The notes under the pieces: generated by a model
Databases searched by the model: none
Seen by the model: only the letters and a program-made list of their open reading frames with translations
Told to the model about the DNA's origin: nothing
Source: a virus
Length of the DNA stretch: 64,000 nucleotides
Strand: one strand, 5' to 3'
Virus record (IMG/VR): IMGVR_UViG_3300022879_000002
Coordinates: 32,001-96,000 of that record
Program-made: the position numbers and the translations under genes
In this document: one piece after another, positions 30,308 to 41,179 of the stretch
Layout: the number at the start of each line of letters is the position of its first letter
Position numbering within the stretch: position 1 is the stretch's first letter

Positions 30308-32287
30308 CTAAGATACTAGTTCTGTAAGAAGCTCATCGATGTCATCATGATGGTATGGAGCTACGTCTTTTAGCTTCACTAGGAAATTTTCCATTTTCGA
30401 TGGATCAACACAAGTAAATTCAACTTCTTTTTCTTCTGTAACTACATTTAATTCTACTCTGTTTGGCTTTTGAACTATATCAAACGCGAGTAAAAATTGA
30501 GCTTCATTTAATGTAGTGGAAATCACCTGTAGTGCTTCTTTTATTTGAACATTTGCTTTCATAATTATATTCCTCCTAAGTTTTATAAAATGCTGATATT
30601 ACTTAATGTTCATTTATTCCTCAAAATTATCCCAGTAAACACCATTAATATAAGTTCCAACGTTATAACCAAGGTAATCTTCGACTAGTCTTCCAAAAGA
30701 ATGATTAACATTGAATAAGTCCATTATTGCCTTTTGTTTATCGTTCAGTTTAAGATTTATTGACATGGTGACACCTAGTTCTCCTATCGTTGCATCTTCT
30801 TCTTTCATTTCTGCTAAGACTTCTTCCTCACTTTTAAAATCATCAATGATATAGTAAATATCAATACTGTCAATCTTTAAGAAAGAGTTTTCAACTTCAT
30901 TTCCAATTGTATCACCTACGATTTTCTCTAATAGTTCATATTGTGTTGTATTCTTTATTTGTATTTGTAAATGAGTTAGTAAGTATTTTAAGACGTAATT
31001 CATAATCGAATTGAAATCTTTTTCTACATGTCCTTCTTCTATCATAAATACGATTTCTTGCGTTATATCACTGTGGAATTCATTTAGTATGTATTTGTGC
31101 ATTGGATGTGTAATATCTTCTAATACATTTTCCCAAATAACCATGTTTTCTTCATAAGTTTTCATCATATATTCCTTCTTTCTTTTTATATTCCATAATC
31201 TCCAGATTCTACAATAGTTTGTTCGCCATGCCATTCTTTTAAAAATTCTTGATATGCTATAAAGTTTTTGATATCAAATTCAAAATTTTCAATATCTGGA
31301 TATAACTTTCGTATTTCTATTATTTCATTCCAAATTAAATCAGTTAATTTAGATACTAATCTATGCTTAATCTTAATAGAAAACATATCTTTTAATAATT
31401 TCAAGGATACCCTATCTAGATAAAGAAAAGAATCTAGTGATCGTTCGATATAATATTTGTTAGTTGAAGCTGTCACATCCATCTTAATCACCCTTTATCT
31501 ATTATTTTAATTTTACTTGATGCTCAAATGGTATACAACTTCCAACTACAAATATTAATTTGTACTTATAATTAGTTGCTGCCTCCATTTAATCTTAACC
31601 TGATATTACCATACACTCAAAATTAAAGTCAAACACATTTATGTATTTTTATATTTAATTTTAAAGTAGTTAAAGTAAATCAAAAATTCTATACGATTGA
31701 AATTTCAAAATCATACAATTAATAAATCAAGATTTTGTCTATCTCTATATTCGCATTAAAAATTCTACATATTCTAATTTTCTAAATGTAAAATTCTACG
31801 ATTTTGATTTTTTAATTCTACAGTTTTGATTTTTCAAATACTGCTATCTTGCATGTCTAACTAAGAATTGGTTCACATCGATCAAACAGCTATTGTAATT
31901 TAATAAAGAATATTATTTATATATTTAGTTAGCTAACAACTTCATATATCCCTTTTGCAGCTCTTTCATTTGATCCTTATAGTAATCAACTTCTTCTTTT
32001 GTATAGCTTGGCGTAAATAACGCAGGAACATCAACTTCTATATCTGAGTTATTTACTGAGATTTCATAACGAGCAAAATCATATTTATCCACTAATTCGA
32101 ACCTATATTCATTATTTATATTGTTAATGCATTCTTCTCTAACTTCTTCACTCATTTGTAACAGTGAATTGTACACTTCATATTTATTGTAACTAACTCC
32201 ATTATTACAATCCGCAGCATTATTAACAACTAATTTTAATTGATTCATCATTTTTATATCCCCTTTATTTTTTAAGTATTTATTCAT
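30308..32287 (-). other. Four hypothetical genes heading the leftward arm
   Basis: ORFs 30308..30562, 30614..31234, 31186..31491, 31925..32287. Confidence 0.6.
31603..31648 (-). promoter_or_regulatory. sigmaA promoter with AAATACATAA motif
   Basis: Minus strand AAATACATAA-6-TTGACT-18-TAATAT. Confidence 0.65.
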
Positions 32288-32821
32288 ATAAATTATATCA
32301 CAACAACTTAACTTGTTTCTTTGTAAGATTAGCTCATTTCAATATCAATATTCCAATTTTCAATAAATAATTACATTATTATGTATTTTATATTTTAGTT
32401 AACATAAGAATAATCGAGTTAAAATAGCGTTAACCATACTCTAAGTAGATGATTGGAACTTTGATTAAAATGTATCTTACTTGTAAGCTATAAGTAAATT
32501 ATACATAAGATACTAGTAAGATACAATAGTTTTTTAAATTTATTTTTGTATATTTTGGAAGTATTAATTATTCTTGTCTACTCCCTTCTTATTTATTCAC
32601 ATGTATTTTAAATAGTTCAATTTTACTTTTGATACTTCCCCTCTAAATTAGTTACAAAAGGATTTAGGGTGATCTTGCAATGTGATCTCTTGAGAAGTTT
32701 AAAAAGACCAATCATTTTTAGCAGCTAACTAATTCGAATAAATTGCTTTTAATAGGAAGAAACTAAATTTCATAAGAAAATAATCATTGTGGAATTAGAT
32801 AGCCTTATATTTTATTTATAT

Positions 32822-32866
32822 AAATACATAAATAGTGTTGACTAAGATATTTTTAAGTGATAAGAT
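32822..32866 (+). promoter_or_regulatory. First rightward sigmaA promoter with AAATACATAA motif
   Basis: AAATACATAA-6-TTGACT-17-TAAGAT. Confidence 0.75.
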
Positions 32867-32918
32867 AAACTCAAGTTAAACAAATAAATACATAGACAAA
32901 CTTTAGGAGGAATTAAAA

Positions 32919-33376
32919 ATGAAACTACAAAATAAAATCAGCGCTCTATCTAATATGACAGCTAAGGAGTTACAAGTAGAAACAAACAAAGAAGGTTTAG
33001 CATGGTACAACCGTGAGAAAAACGTAAAATGCGTAAAGGCGAGATTCTTACAATGTTAACTGAGTACTATACAATCTTATTTGGACAGGAACAAAACTTA
33101 GAATTAGAAATCGAAAATTCGACAACTGCTCAATTGGTCAAGTATTTTAAAGAACTAGCTTCCAATGCAGTAACTACAGCTAAAGAAGATTACGATCAAG
33201 CAACGCAACAATTAAGTACTGTTAAAGAACTACTATCACACGCATTTGTAAAGCTGCATGACAAGCTTACTGATAAGAAAAACAAGCTACTAGCTCGAAA
33301 TTGGGCTTTAACAATAAATAACATTAAAGGTATTGTGACTACCGCAGAACGTAAAATTAACGCTGTAACTGCCTAA
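32919..33376 (+). pseudogene. Frameshifted gene with Rho-N-terminal-like domain
   Basis: AGGAGG RBS precedes ATG 32919; frame closes at 33059; adding one A to the A5 at 33018-33022 joins it to 33029..33376 (LSNMTAKEL...KMRKGEILTML). Confidence 0.6.
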
Positions 33377-33448
33377 ATAAAAACAGTATTTTATGAGAAA
33401 ATAATTACTGTACGAAATGTTTTGGATTATAATATTAATAAAATCTAA

Positions 33449-33901
33449 GTGTTGAGAGGAAGTAATGTAATGGAATATCCAGTTTTATTTTCATTTGAGT
33501 TTTTATTAAAAAATAATTTATTTATAAATGTGGAAACACATAGTGAAAGAAAAGTGATGAGCTATAACTACAATAACAATACAATTAAAATAAATTTAGA
33601 AATGCTAGAAGAAATAAAAGATGGTTATTTATACTATTTAAGTGAGGATGAAATAATAACTGTTATGCTATGTCATGAAATTGGACACTATTTAGAATTT
33701 AAGAATAACAAAGAACTACCAAGCCAATTTCAATACTATATGTTTGATAGCACTAGAGAAGAGTATATAGAATTTATTCTCGAGCGTGAGAAAGTTGCTT
33801 GGGAAAATGGAAAGCAGTATGTTCCAAAAGATTTATTAGAAGAGTATGACAGAGTAAATGAACGCAACATTAATGATTATATTTCATATTTCAACAGGTA
33901 A
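33449..33901 (+). CDS. HExxH zinc metallopeptidase (ImmA/IrrE-like)
   Basis: LCHEIGH and downstream EREKVAW. Confidence 0.7.
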   Translation: MLRGSNVMEYPVLFSFEFLLKNNLFINVETHSERKVMSYNYNNNTIKINLEMLEEIKDGYLYYLSEDEIITVMLCHEIGHYLEFKNNKELPSQFQYYMFDSTREEYIEFILEREKVAWENGKQYVPKDLLEEYDRVNERNINDYISYFNR

Positions 33902-34644
33902 CTAATTTAAATAAAAAGTAAATATTATCAAAAGATTGGAGTGCGTATGAAATGCATCATACTGATGACGTGGCAATAGATAGATTTGCGAAAGGTAATT
34001 TATTTGATTTTAATTTGGATGGATTCAACTACTATACAACTAAAACTGGTATACGGAAAAAGAAACACATGAATGAAAAAGCTGTCACTATAACTGAAAA
34101 CGAATATATGTTAGCTTGGGAAAGATATGACTTCATTTTTAATTAATGATTCTGGAAGGACTATAACATGACGTATTCATTTAGAAAAGAATTAGACGAC
34201 CAAGAAATGAGCGATACTATAAATGAATTATCAAATAAATTTGTAGGAATAATTTTTCAGGATGATAAATATCACAAATTCATCATGAACGGTATTTCAA
34301 TAATCACTAAAGGAAAAACTTATTATTGGTCACTTACTTATTCACCAATGAGCGACAATGGATTAGTTCATACTTTAGTAAAATACACTAGGCCAATTGA
34401 CGATTTTATCAATGGCAAATTTAAGTATGAAAAATTATAATAAATAATATAAATAAGTCCCCTACCCTATTCATAAGTGAGGTGAAAAGATCTTGATGCA
34501 TAAATGTATAGCTGCAATTGACAATTATTTCTGGTGTCCAGAAGATGATCCATATGACAAGGTATCCTTTTATAAAGTTACTTTATCTGTCAACGCTATA
34601 TCTATTATAATGCTCCTAACTGTTCTTACGAAAATTAATTAAAT

Positions 34645-34688
34645 AAATACATAAAAACCATTGTATTTTATATGTAGTAGTGTATAAT
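34645..34688 (+). promoter_or_regulatory. sigmaA promoter with AAATACATAA motif
   Basis: AAATACATAA-6-TTGTAT-16-TATAAT with TG extension. Confidence 0.7.
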
Positions 34689-34848
34689 AAGAATTAAGAA
34701 TAGGAATTATTAAAATTTAATCAGAGTAAATAAGTCAGTAACAACTTCATACATTGTTTATTGTGATTAAATTTTAAGTATGGAATTCTTAAATAATATA
34801 TGCTTTTTATCCAAAGATTTAAATTAAATAAATACATAATATTAAAAG

Positions 34849-36342
34849 GTGGTAATTCAAATGAAGCAAGTAAACTTTATAAAAGTAATTAATTCAAATG
34901 TAGATTATGCAATTAAAGCAACTGAAAATAGTTACCGTAATAAGTTTTTCATCGTAGTTAATGGTGATCGAATTGAAAACTTCAGCAAAACAAAACGTGG
35001 AGCAGAAGGTTATATCAAAAAGAATACATTCAGTTACTATGATGATTATTCTCATGAAATGATTAATGCTGGAACAAATCTTGAGATTATTGAATTATCA
35101 TCTTTTGATATTATTGACTATTACAACAACCCTAGTATTTGGTTTGATACAATGTTTTCACGTTGGAAAATTAGACAAAGTAATGACTATATGCTTACAC
35201 TAGCTAACAAGTTAGAATGTAGTGAAAACGTAATTAAAGTTATTGAACCAATTTTAGATAATTCAGATGCTAACTCTTTCCCTTCCCTATCAATGGTTGG
35301 ATTAGATGAAATTGAGGAAAATGAACTAGTTGAAAGTGTTGTAAATGAAAGTGAAACTCCAGAAGTTGCTACACATACTGATACATTTGAAGAAGCAGAT
35401 AATTCTATTACAATGAAGCTAAATGAAGAGAAAAATGGTGTAGAGCTATACTTCGATGAAATACCTAGTGAAGAAATTCGAACGCAATTAAAATCAAATG
35501 GTTTCAAGTGGTCTAGATTTAACAAATGTTGGTATGCTAAACAAAATGAAAACACATTAACTTTAGTTGAAATGCTATCTAGTGGAAATGCTGAAACTTT
35601 AGAAGCTACTGAATCATTAGAAATAGAATTAGTTGAATTCGTGGATATTGCACAATTTAAAATTAATGAAGAAACTGAAAAGCGTTTGATTGATAATTCA
35701 TTAATCAATAATGGAAAAGAAGTAGGAAGAGAAACAAAACAACTACACTCCACCTTATCTAACATACTGGAGAAAACAAAAGAAGTAATTGAAATAGCTG
35801 ATAATAATTATAGTAAGAATACACTTATCAATGGTTTTAATGCCTTTTGTGAACGTTATACTAAGGGTTTAAACAGTTACCTTTATCAACGTTCTGTAAA
35901 TCCCTCATGGGCTGTTACTGGTCGAGGTGGCTTGAACATATCTCGTTACAACAAGAAGCAAGATCAATTGCGTAATAAAATGGTTAAAGTGGTTGAAATG
36001 TTAGAAAAACAAAAATCTGTACTAGATAAATATAAAAGTAAATTTAAGAAAAATGAAGCTTACAAAACTAAACAAGAAATTGAACATACAATTAATAATC
36101 TAGATGATACTTCCCTTTCATTCGCAACTAAACAACGTGAAATGGATTATTTCGGTTATAAATATAATACACGCTCTTATGAATCTCCTAACTACTTCTT
36201 TATGAAGATTGCGGCTTGCTACCGAATATTTGAACGTGCTACAGGTAAAGAAGTTCATAGTATGAAAACAAATGACAAGTTAACTGATACTAAAAATTAT
36301 GTAATGTATTTAGAAAATAAGTGTGTTAAAACCGCTATTTAA
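34849..36342 (+). CDS. Polyvalent-protein-like multidomain early protein (DUF3560-like segments)
   Basis: GVELYFDEIPSEEIRTQLKSNGFKWSRFNKCWY and SWAVTGRGGLN motifs. Confidence 0.5.
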   Translation: MVIQMKQVNFIKVINSNVDYAIKATENSYRNKFFIVVNGDRIENFSKTKRGAEGYIKKNTFSYYDDYSHEMINAGTNLEIIELSSFDIIDYYNNPSIWFDTMFSRWKIRQSNDYMLTLANKLECSENVIKVIEPILDNSDANSFPSLSMVGLDEIEENELVESVVNESETPEVATHTDTFEEADNSITMKLNEEKNGVELYFDEIPSEEIRTQLKSNGFKWSRFNKCWYAKQNENTLTLVEMLSSGNAETLEATESLEIELVEFVDIAQFKINEETEKRLIDNSLINNGKEVGRETKQLHSTLSNILEKTKEVIEIADNNYSKNTLINGFNAFCERYTKGLNSYLYQRSVNPSWAVTGRGGLNISRYNKKQDQLRNKMVKVVEMLEKQKSVLDKYKSKFKKNEAYKTKQEIEHTINNLDDTSLSFATKQREMDYFGYKYNTRSYESPNYFFMKIAACYRIFERATGKEVHSMKTNDKLTDTKNYVMYLENKCVKTAI

Positions 36343-36349
36343 TATAAAT

Positions 36350-36394
36350 AAATACATAAATAGTATTGTGTTTTTGTCTATTATGGTATATACT
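36350..36394 (+). promoter_or_regulatory. sigmaA promoter with AAATACATAA motif
   Basis: AAATACATAA-6-TTGTGT-17-TATACT. Confidence 0.7.
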
Positions 36395-36432
36395 AGTATT
36401 ATATTAAAGGAAAGGAGTTGACACAGTGTAGT

Positions 36433-36591
36433 ATGGATATTGAGCACATTATCATGATAGCAGGCTCAGTCGTAGCAATCTTAAAAGGAATCACCTCTTC
36501 CTTAAAAGACATACACGACATGAGGACAAGCAAAAAACGACCCTCTTCTAAGCCGTCCGCAAAACGCAAGAAGAAAAGTCGTCAAAAGTAA
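36433..36591 (+). CDS. YonT-like type I toxin (52 aa, not in ORF track)
   Basis: MDIEHIIMIAGSVVAILKGITSSLKDIHDMRTSKKRPSSKPSAKRKKKSRQK: hydrophobic N-terminus and polybasic tail; possible in-frame TTG start at 36418. Confidence 0.65.
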   Translation: MDIEHIIMIAGSVVAILKGITSSLKDIHDMRTSKKRPSSKPSAKRKKKSRQK

Positions 36592-36651
36592 GTCGGAGGG
36601 GATTTATTCCCCTTCCCTATTGATAATAATATTACCATACTCACTTAAAAT

Positions 36652-36837
36652 ATGCTAAAGAAAATCGGTTATCTAAATTTATTTTTTATCTTATTCATGC
36701 CGTTCTTGATGTATCAGTGGATTGATTTTGTAAACTTATCTGTATTTGATTGGGTAGTAATTGTATTATACGGGATACTAGTGATTGTTTTTATAGTTAG
36801 AATTGTAATTACGGTGATTGGATCAAAGGGAAATTAA
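36652..36837 (+). CDS. Small two-TM membrane protein downstream of toxin (YoyJ-like position)
   Basis: Two hydrophobic helices; terminator at 36858-36885. Confidence 0.6.
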   Translation: MLKKIGYLNLFFILFMPFLMYQWIDFVNLSVFDWVVIVLYGILVIVFIVRIVITVIGSKGN

Positions 36838-36914
36838 AATGAAAGTTATATTATTTTGAGCAGCTTAAATATAAATTAGCTGCTCTCTCTTTTTACTTTA
36901 AATTTTAAATATAT

Positions 36915-36959
36915 AAATACATAAATGTTATTGCATAAATCAAAAATGCATGATATACT
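36915..36959 (+). promoter_or_regulatory. sigmaA promoter with AAATACATAA motif
   Basis: AAATACATAA-6-TTGCAT-17-TATACT. Confidence 0.75.
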
Positions 36960-37040
36960 ATATTTAAGTTAAAGAATTACATAAATCATTTAGAAGGTTG
37001 TAGATGCAACAAGGCATCAAACCAAAAGGAGCAAATTAAA

Positions 37041-38236
37041 ATGACAACTCAAACAATCGACTTATCTTGGATCGTAGAAGGTAAAATTAAAGAATTAAAA
37101 ACTTTATCTGAAGGTGATAAAATTGAGTTAGTAAATGGTGACATCATGCAATTCGTTCGTTTAAAGCAAAAGAATTTTATTGGATCTATGAACGGCAAGC
37201 AATATAATGTACCAGTTGGAATGTTCTCAAAGTTGCTAGAAAAAGCTACTGAAAAAGTTGAAGAAATTAAAAATGAAGAATGGAAAACTTTAAAAGAAGG
37301 AGAATTTTTCTACATCTTAGAACAACGTAAATCATATGCACTACTATTCAAGTTTAAAGGAATTAGCAGAAATAAAATTGTAGGTATTAACCCTATTAAT
37401 AATACAGAAGTTAAAATTGATCCTGCTTTATTTGTTGGTAAAGTAAATTAGTCTTTGGTAGAATTAAACAATGCAAACTAATTGGAGTGAATAGAAATGA
37501 CAAGTATAAAAGCTATTGTGTTTGAAACAGAAGGAAATGAACAAAACAACAGTTTAACAATGAATCAAGTTTGGGATAAATTAATTGACGGTGGTATGAA
37601 GACGGCAATGACTAACGAAAAGTGTAATTACTTTAATGACATCGTTCCTCATAAATCAGCTACATTTATTTGTGAAAAAGAACAATTGGAAGATGTAAAG
37701 TATTGGATTAGTTATTGTGGCTGTTCTATTAGTAAAAAGTTAGTAATGCCTGATGGGAAAATTGTTTTACGTGCAGATTATCAATGTTGGTAAATAGTTT
37801 AATTTTAAAACCACTTCCATAGTGGTTTCTTTTTGGTTTACTGTCAGTTATGAATTAGTTACATTATAATTAATATATAAAATACATAAGAAAGGAATTA
37901 TGCTTATTTGAAAATGATTAGAGCTGATACATCGTATATGTTTACCGCTTCCCTACTTCACTTTGAAAAGGAAATGATAAGATGAAACTAAAATTAGAAA
38001 ACGTTCTTCACTTATGTAAAAAGCATGGATTTACAGTTGGTAGAAATAATGATTGGTTATGGTTGAATAGTACTGATGGCAGATATAGTGAAGATGAAGA
38101 ATATAAGATATTAAGGGATATTGGATTTAGATATTCACATAATAAAAGTAAATTTTATTGTATATGCGAGAAAACTAATCCATATGAAAGATACAAATCA
38201 ATAACTGACGCTTACTATAGTAAAGATTATAACTAA
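37041..38236 (+). other. Three hypothetical early genes
   Basis: ORFs 37041..37451, 37497..37793, 37982..38236; terminator AAACCACT/AGTGGTTT at 37808-37828. Confidence 0.65.
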
Positions 38237-38248
38237 AATAAAAAAAGG

Positions 38249-39406
38249 ATGATAACTATAAAATTAAACAATATCAAGGTTGGAGATGTATTCAAGAATT
38301 ATAAGGAACTATGTAAGGTGCTTGATGAAAAGGTAAAAGGAGGAGATGGAAAGAAGTATCAGCTTATTGATTGGGAAAGATATTTTACTTATGAAAAACA
38401 AGGATATAAATTTGTAATTAAAGAAATACATAATAATCCTTTAGATAAGAAAGATGGTAGAAAGATTGGCAACAACGTACTTCCCTTTATAGATGAGATG
38501 GAATTACTCTTAATAAACTTACTATTAAATAGCGAAGATAAAGAACTAACTATATCAAATAGTAAGTTGTTGCTTATGCTTAGTATGATTAATCCTAATT
38601 ACCTTACATACGTGAATAATAAAGAACAATTATCAAAGTTAGTTGATGTGAATATTAACTTCATTATAGATTTTTATGATGTAACTAACTCTACATTTAG
38701 ATCAGCAATTAATACTGTTACTAAAAGATTGGAGAATAAAAAGTTAGTCATTCATGAACAAGTCACAATGGTTTGCTTCGTAGATACTCCAGTAAAGAAA
38801 ACAATAACAGGACATAATAAGATAATAGAAATGTATACATATGATAACAATTCAAACTCTTATACTTATAAAAATGTATTACCTAAAGAAATATATCGAG
38901 AGGCTACATCTGATGAAAAAGAATTAATTGTTCGCTTAGAGAAATATATCATGAAGAATAATTATGGATATGATAACATACAAGACTTATTCTTAGCAGG
39001 TAAAGCCACTTCATTCTATGCAGATGTATCAAGGGTACTATTTAAAGAATTAAACATTAAGAAAGCATATAAAGCACACAGATACACTTTTAACATAGAT
39101 AATCTTAATGATGAGATGATTAAGTTATTAGATAAGTATGATATCAATGAGTTGAAGAGACAAATTAATAACAAGGTAATGATTCGACTGGATGAAACAA
39201 GTAACAAAAGGTATATGGATGCATTGAATGAACTGTTTGATACAGAATCTAATAAAGTAAGAGTAAATGTTAGAGCTGATGATAATTATGTAGATAGTAT
39301 TAATCACTTGTCATCTAACCTTATTGATAAAGATAATAAGGACGGTATTAAGAATTCAAATAATGAAATTTTAAATGAAATAGAAATTGATTTGTTACAT
39401 TATTAA
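38249..39406 (+). CDS. Hypothetical protein, candidate replication initiator
   Basis: 385 aa, directly followed by a long repeat-rich non-coding region. Confidence 0.4.
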   Translation: MITIKLNNIKVGDVFKNYKELCKVLDEKVKGGDGKKYQLIDWERYFTYEKQGYKFVIKEIHNNPLDKKDGRKIGNNVLPFIDEMELLLINLLLNSEDKELTISNSKLLLMLSMINPNYLTYVNNKEQLSKLVDVNINFIIDFYDVTNSTFRSAINTVTKRLENKKLVIHEQVTMVCFVDTPVKKTITGHNKIIEMYTYDNNSNSYTYKNVLPKEIYREATSDEKELIVRLEKYIMKNNYGYDNIQDLFLAGKATSFYADVSRVLFKELNIKKAYKAHRYTFNIDNLNDEMIKLLDKYDINELKRQINNKVMIRLDETSNKRYMDALNELFDTESNKVRVNVRADDNYVDSINHLSSNLIDKDNKDGIKNSNNEILNEIEIDLLHY

Positions 39407-40941
39407 AAGTTTGACAGTTTAAAATCCTATTATATATTACATAGCATATTAAACTGTCAACAAATTAAATTAATCCAGTAATGGTTGAATAGTGTATTGT
39501 GAGTAGTAGTGAGTGGAGTATACTTGCTGCTACTTTTTTAGTTTAAGTTAAATAGGTAAATATATAATGTAAATAATTATTAACAGGTTATCAACATATC
39601 CACAAGTAAGATTAATGAATATAAACTCTTCGACCATATGTCACCTGTTATATAGCGAATAGAACAGATAAATAATATATTTATATTTTAGTTATACATT
39701 ATTTATTTTAGAACATTTGTTTGCTTTTATTCATCTTATTTAGTGCTGAATATACTGTAAATAAGTGGGTATTATAGGTAAAATAATATACATTATATCC
39801 TTATCACCATTGAATATAGGGGGTATGTTTACATTTTAAAGTTTACTAGCTGCTCCAATATCACCCCTACCTCTTCCATCCACACAGCATGTATAATTTT
39901 ATTACTTTATACCTAAATACTACCCTACTCATACTCGTTTTCGTAATCGTACTTAACCTTCAATTCCCTTATAAACATTGAATATTCAACTATAGTACTT
40001 TTGTCACTTTTCGTTAATTTCCCCTACTTTTACCTTTCCAGTACACATAAAACACTTATAATCACTGGATATTACGATTAACTTGTAACGACTAATATTA
40101 CATTGATCTTACTCATTCATATAAATCTCCCATTAATATTGAATATTACCCTACTTTTTAATTAAATTAACTGAACACAAAATAACTCGAAAAACAACGA
40201 TAACTCATCTTAAATCCCCTTATAAACACTGCATATTAGCAGCAGGATTTTTGTAGTCAATCGACTACTGATGAATTTCTCTATTATCGTCTTTTCGAGT
40301 TCAAAAACTATCCATTATTCTATTGTTAAGTATTCATACCATATAACTTATGATAATTATTTATCTTTTGAGATATGAATTTGATATAATAAATTAACTT
40401 AAATACTTATCATTCTCTACTATATTAATTGCATACTTTAATACACTCTGTTTTGGAAGATCATCTTTAGCACACATAGCTAACAATCTCAATGATTCTT
40501 CAGGTTGAGTTATAGATAACTTACTAATAATTAATAATAGTGCTGAGTCTACAGAGCCATTTTCATATAATTCAACAGTTTTTATTTCTTTCATTTCTTA
40601 TTACTCCACCCTTCCTTAAATTAAATAGTTGGAAATTATTCAATTAATTACAATAAAAACTACTTCCCTTTCATAAATTATACATTCAATCATTAATCTT
40701 ACAATTTAAATAATACACCATAATACCTAGCAAAGCCATTCAGTTTTTACATAATTCTACATGATTCGACAAAAAATCAATACAAATTTTGCCAACATAT
40801 AGATTTTAACGTTTTTAATGGATTAATACTATACATATAGTGGATATTAAAAAATATTTTTCAGTTTGACTGTCACTTACTCAAGTTTTACATTATAATA
40901 TTAATAAATACATAAAAAATAAAATTAAAAGGAGATTTTAT
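39407..40941. other. Putative replication origin/control region
   Basis: 1.5 kb nearly ORF-free; inverted repeat TTGACAGTTTAA/TTAAACTGTCAA; tandem DnaA-box-like TTATCAACA-TATCCACA at 39588-39604; repeated CAYTGRATAT-like motifs. Confidence 0.5.
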
Positions 40942-41179
40942 ATGACTACAAAATTTAACAAAGAGAATGTTTTATTCTATTTAGAGGAAATGGTACAAAT
41001 GGAGATGGCTAGTTCTATTGAGGAAGATGTCTACTATTCACTTAAACAAGATAAGAAGATCGCAAGAGAACAATTGGGATTGGTACTGAAACGCATGAAG
41101 AAATGGTATAACATAAAATTTTAATTCAATAAATACATATAACAACAATTAAAAAACATTCTAAAAGGGAGTTGATTAT

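Larger units (their letters stand above)
111..33928. repeat. Dispersed 18-bp inverted-repeat site ATAAWA-N6-TWTTAT at gene junctions
   Basis: Exact copies start at 111, 1480, 8300, 8859, 9129, 11485, 11853, 13360, 13981, 15309, 15700, 19413, 20857, 21905, 24230, 25293, 25789, 26325, 28258, 29287, 33377, 33911; near-exact at 10114, 14939, 22854, 23299, 23667, 26035, 28530, 30585. Confidence 0.85.

Noticed and set aside
8300-33928. CRISPR array interpretation of the recurring junction motif
   Set aside because: Units are separated by whole genes of variable length, the conserved part is only 12 bp, and there are no cas genes
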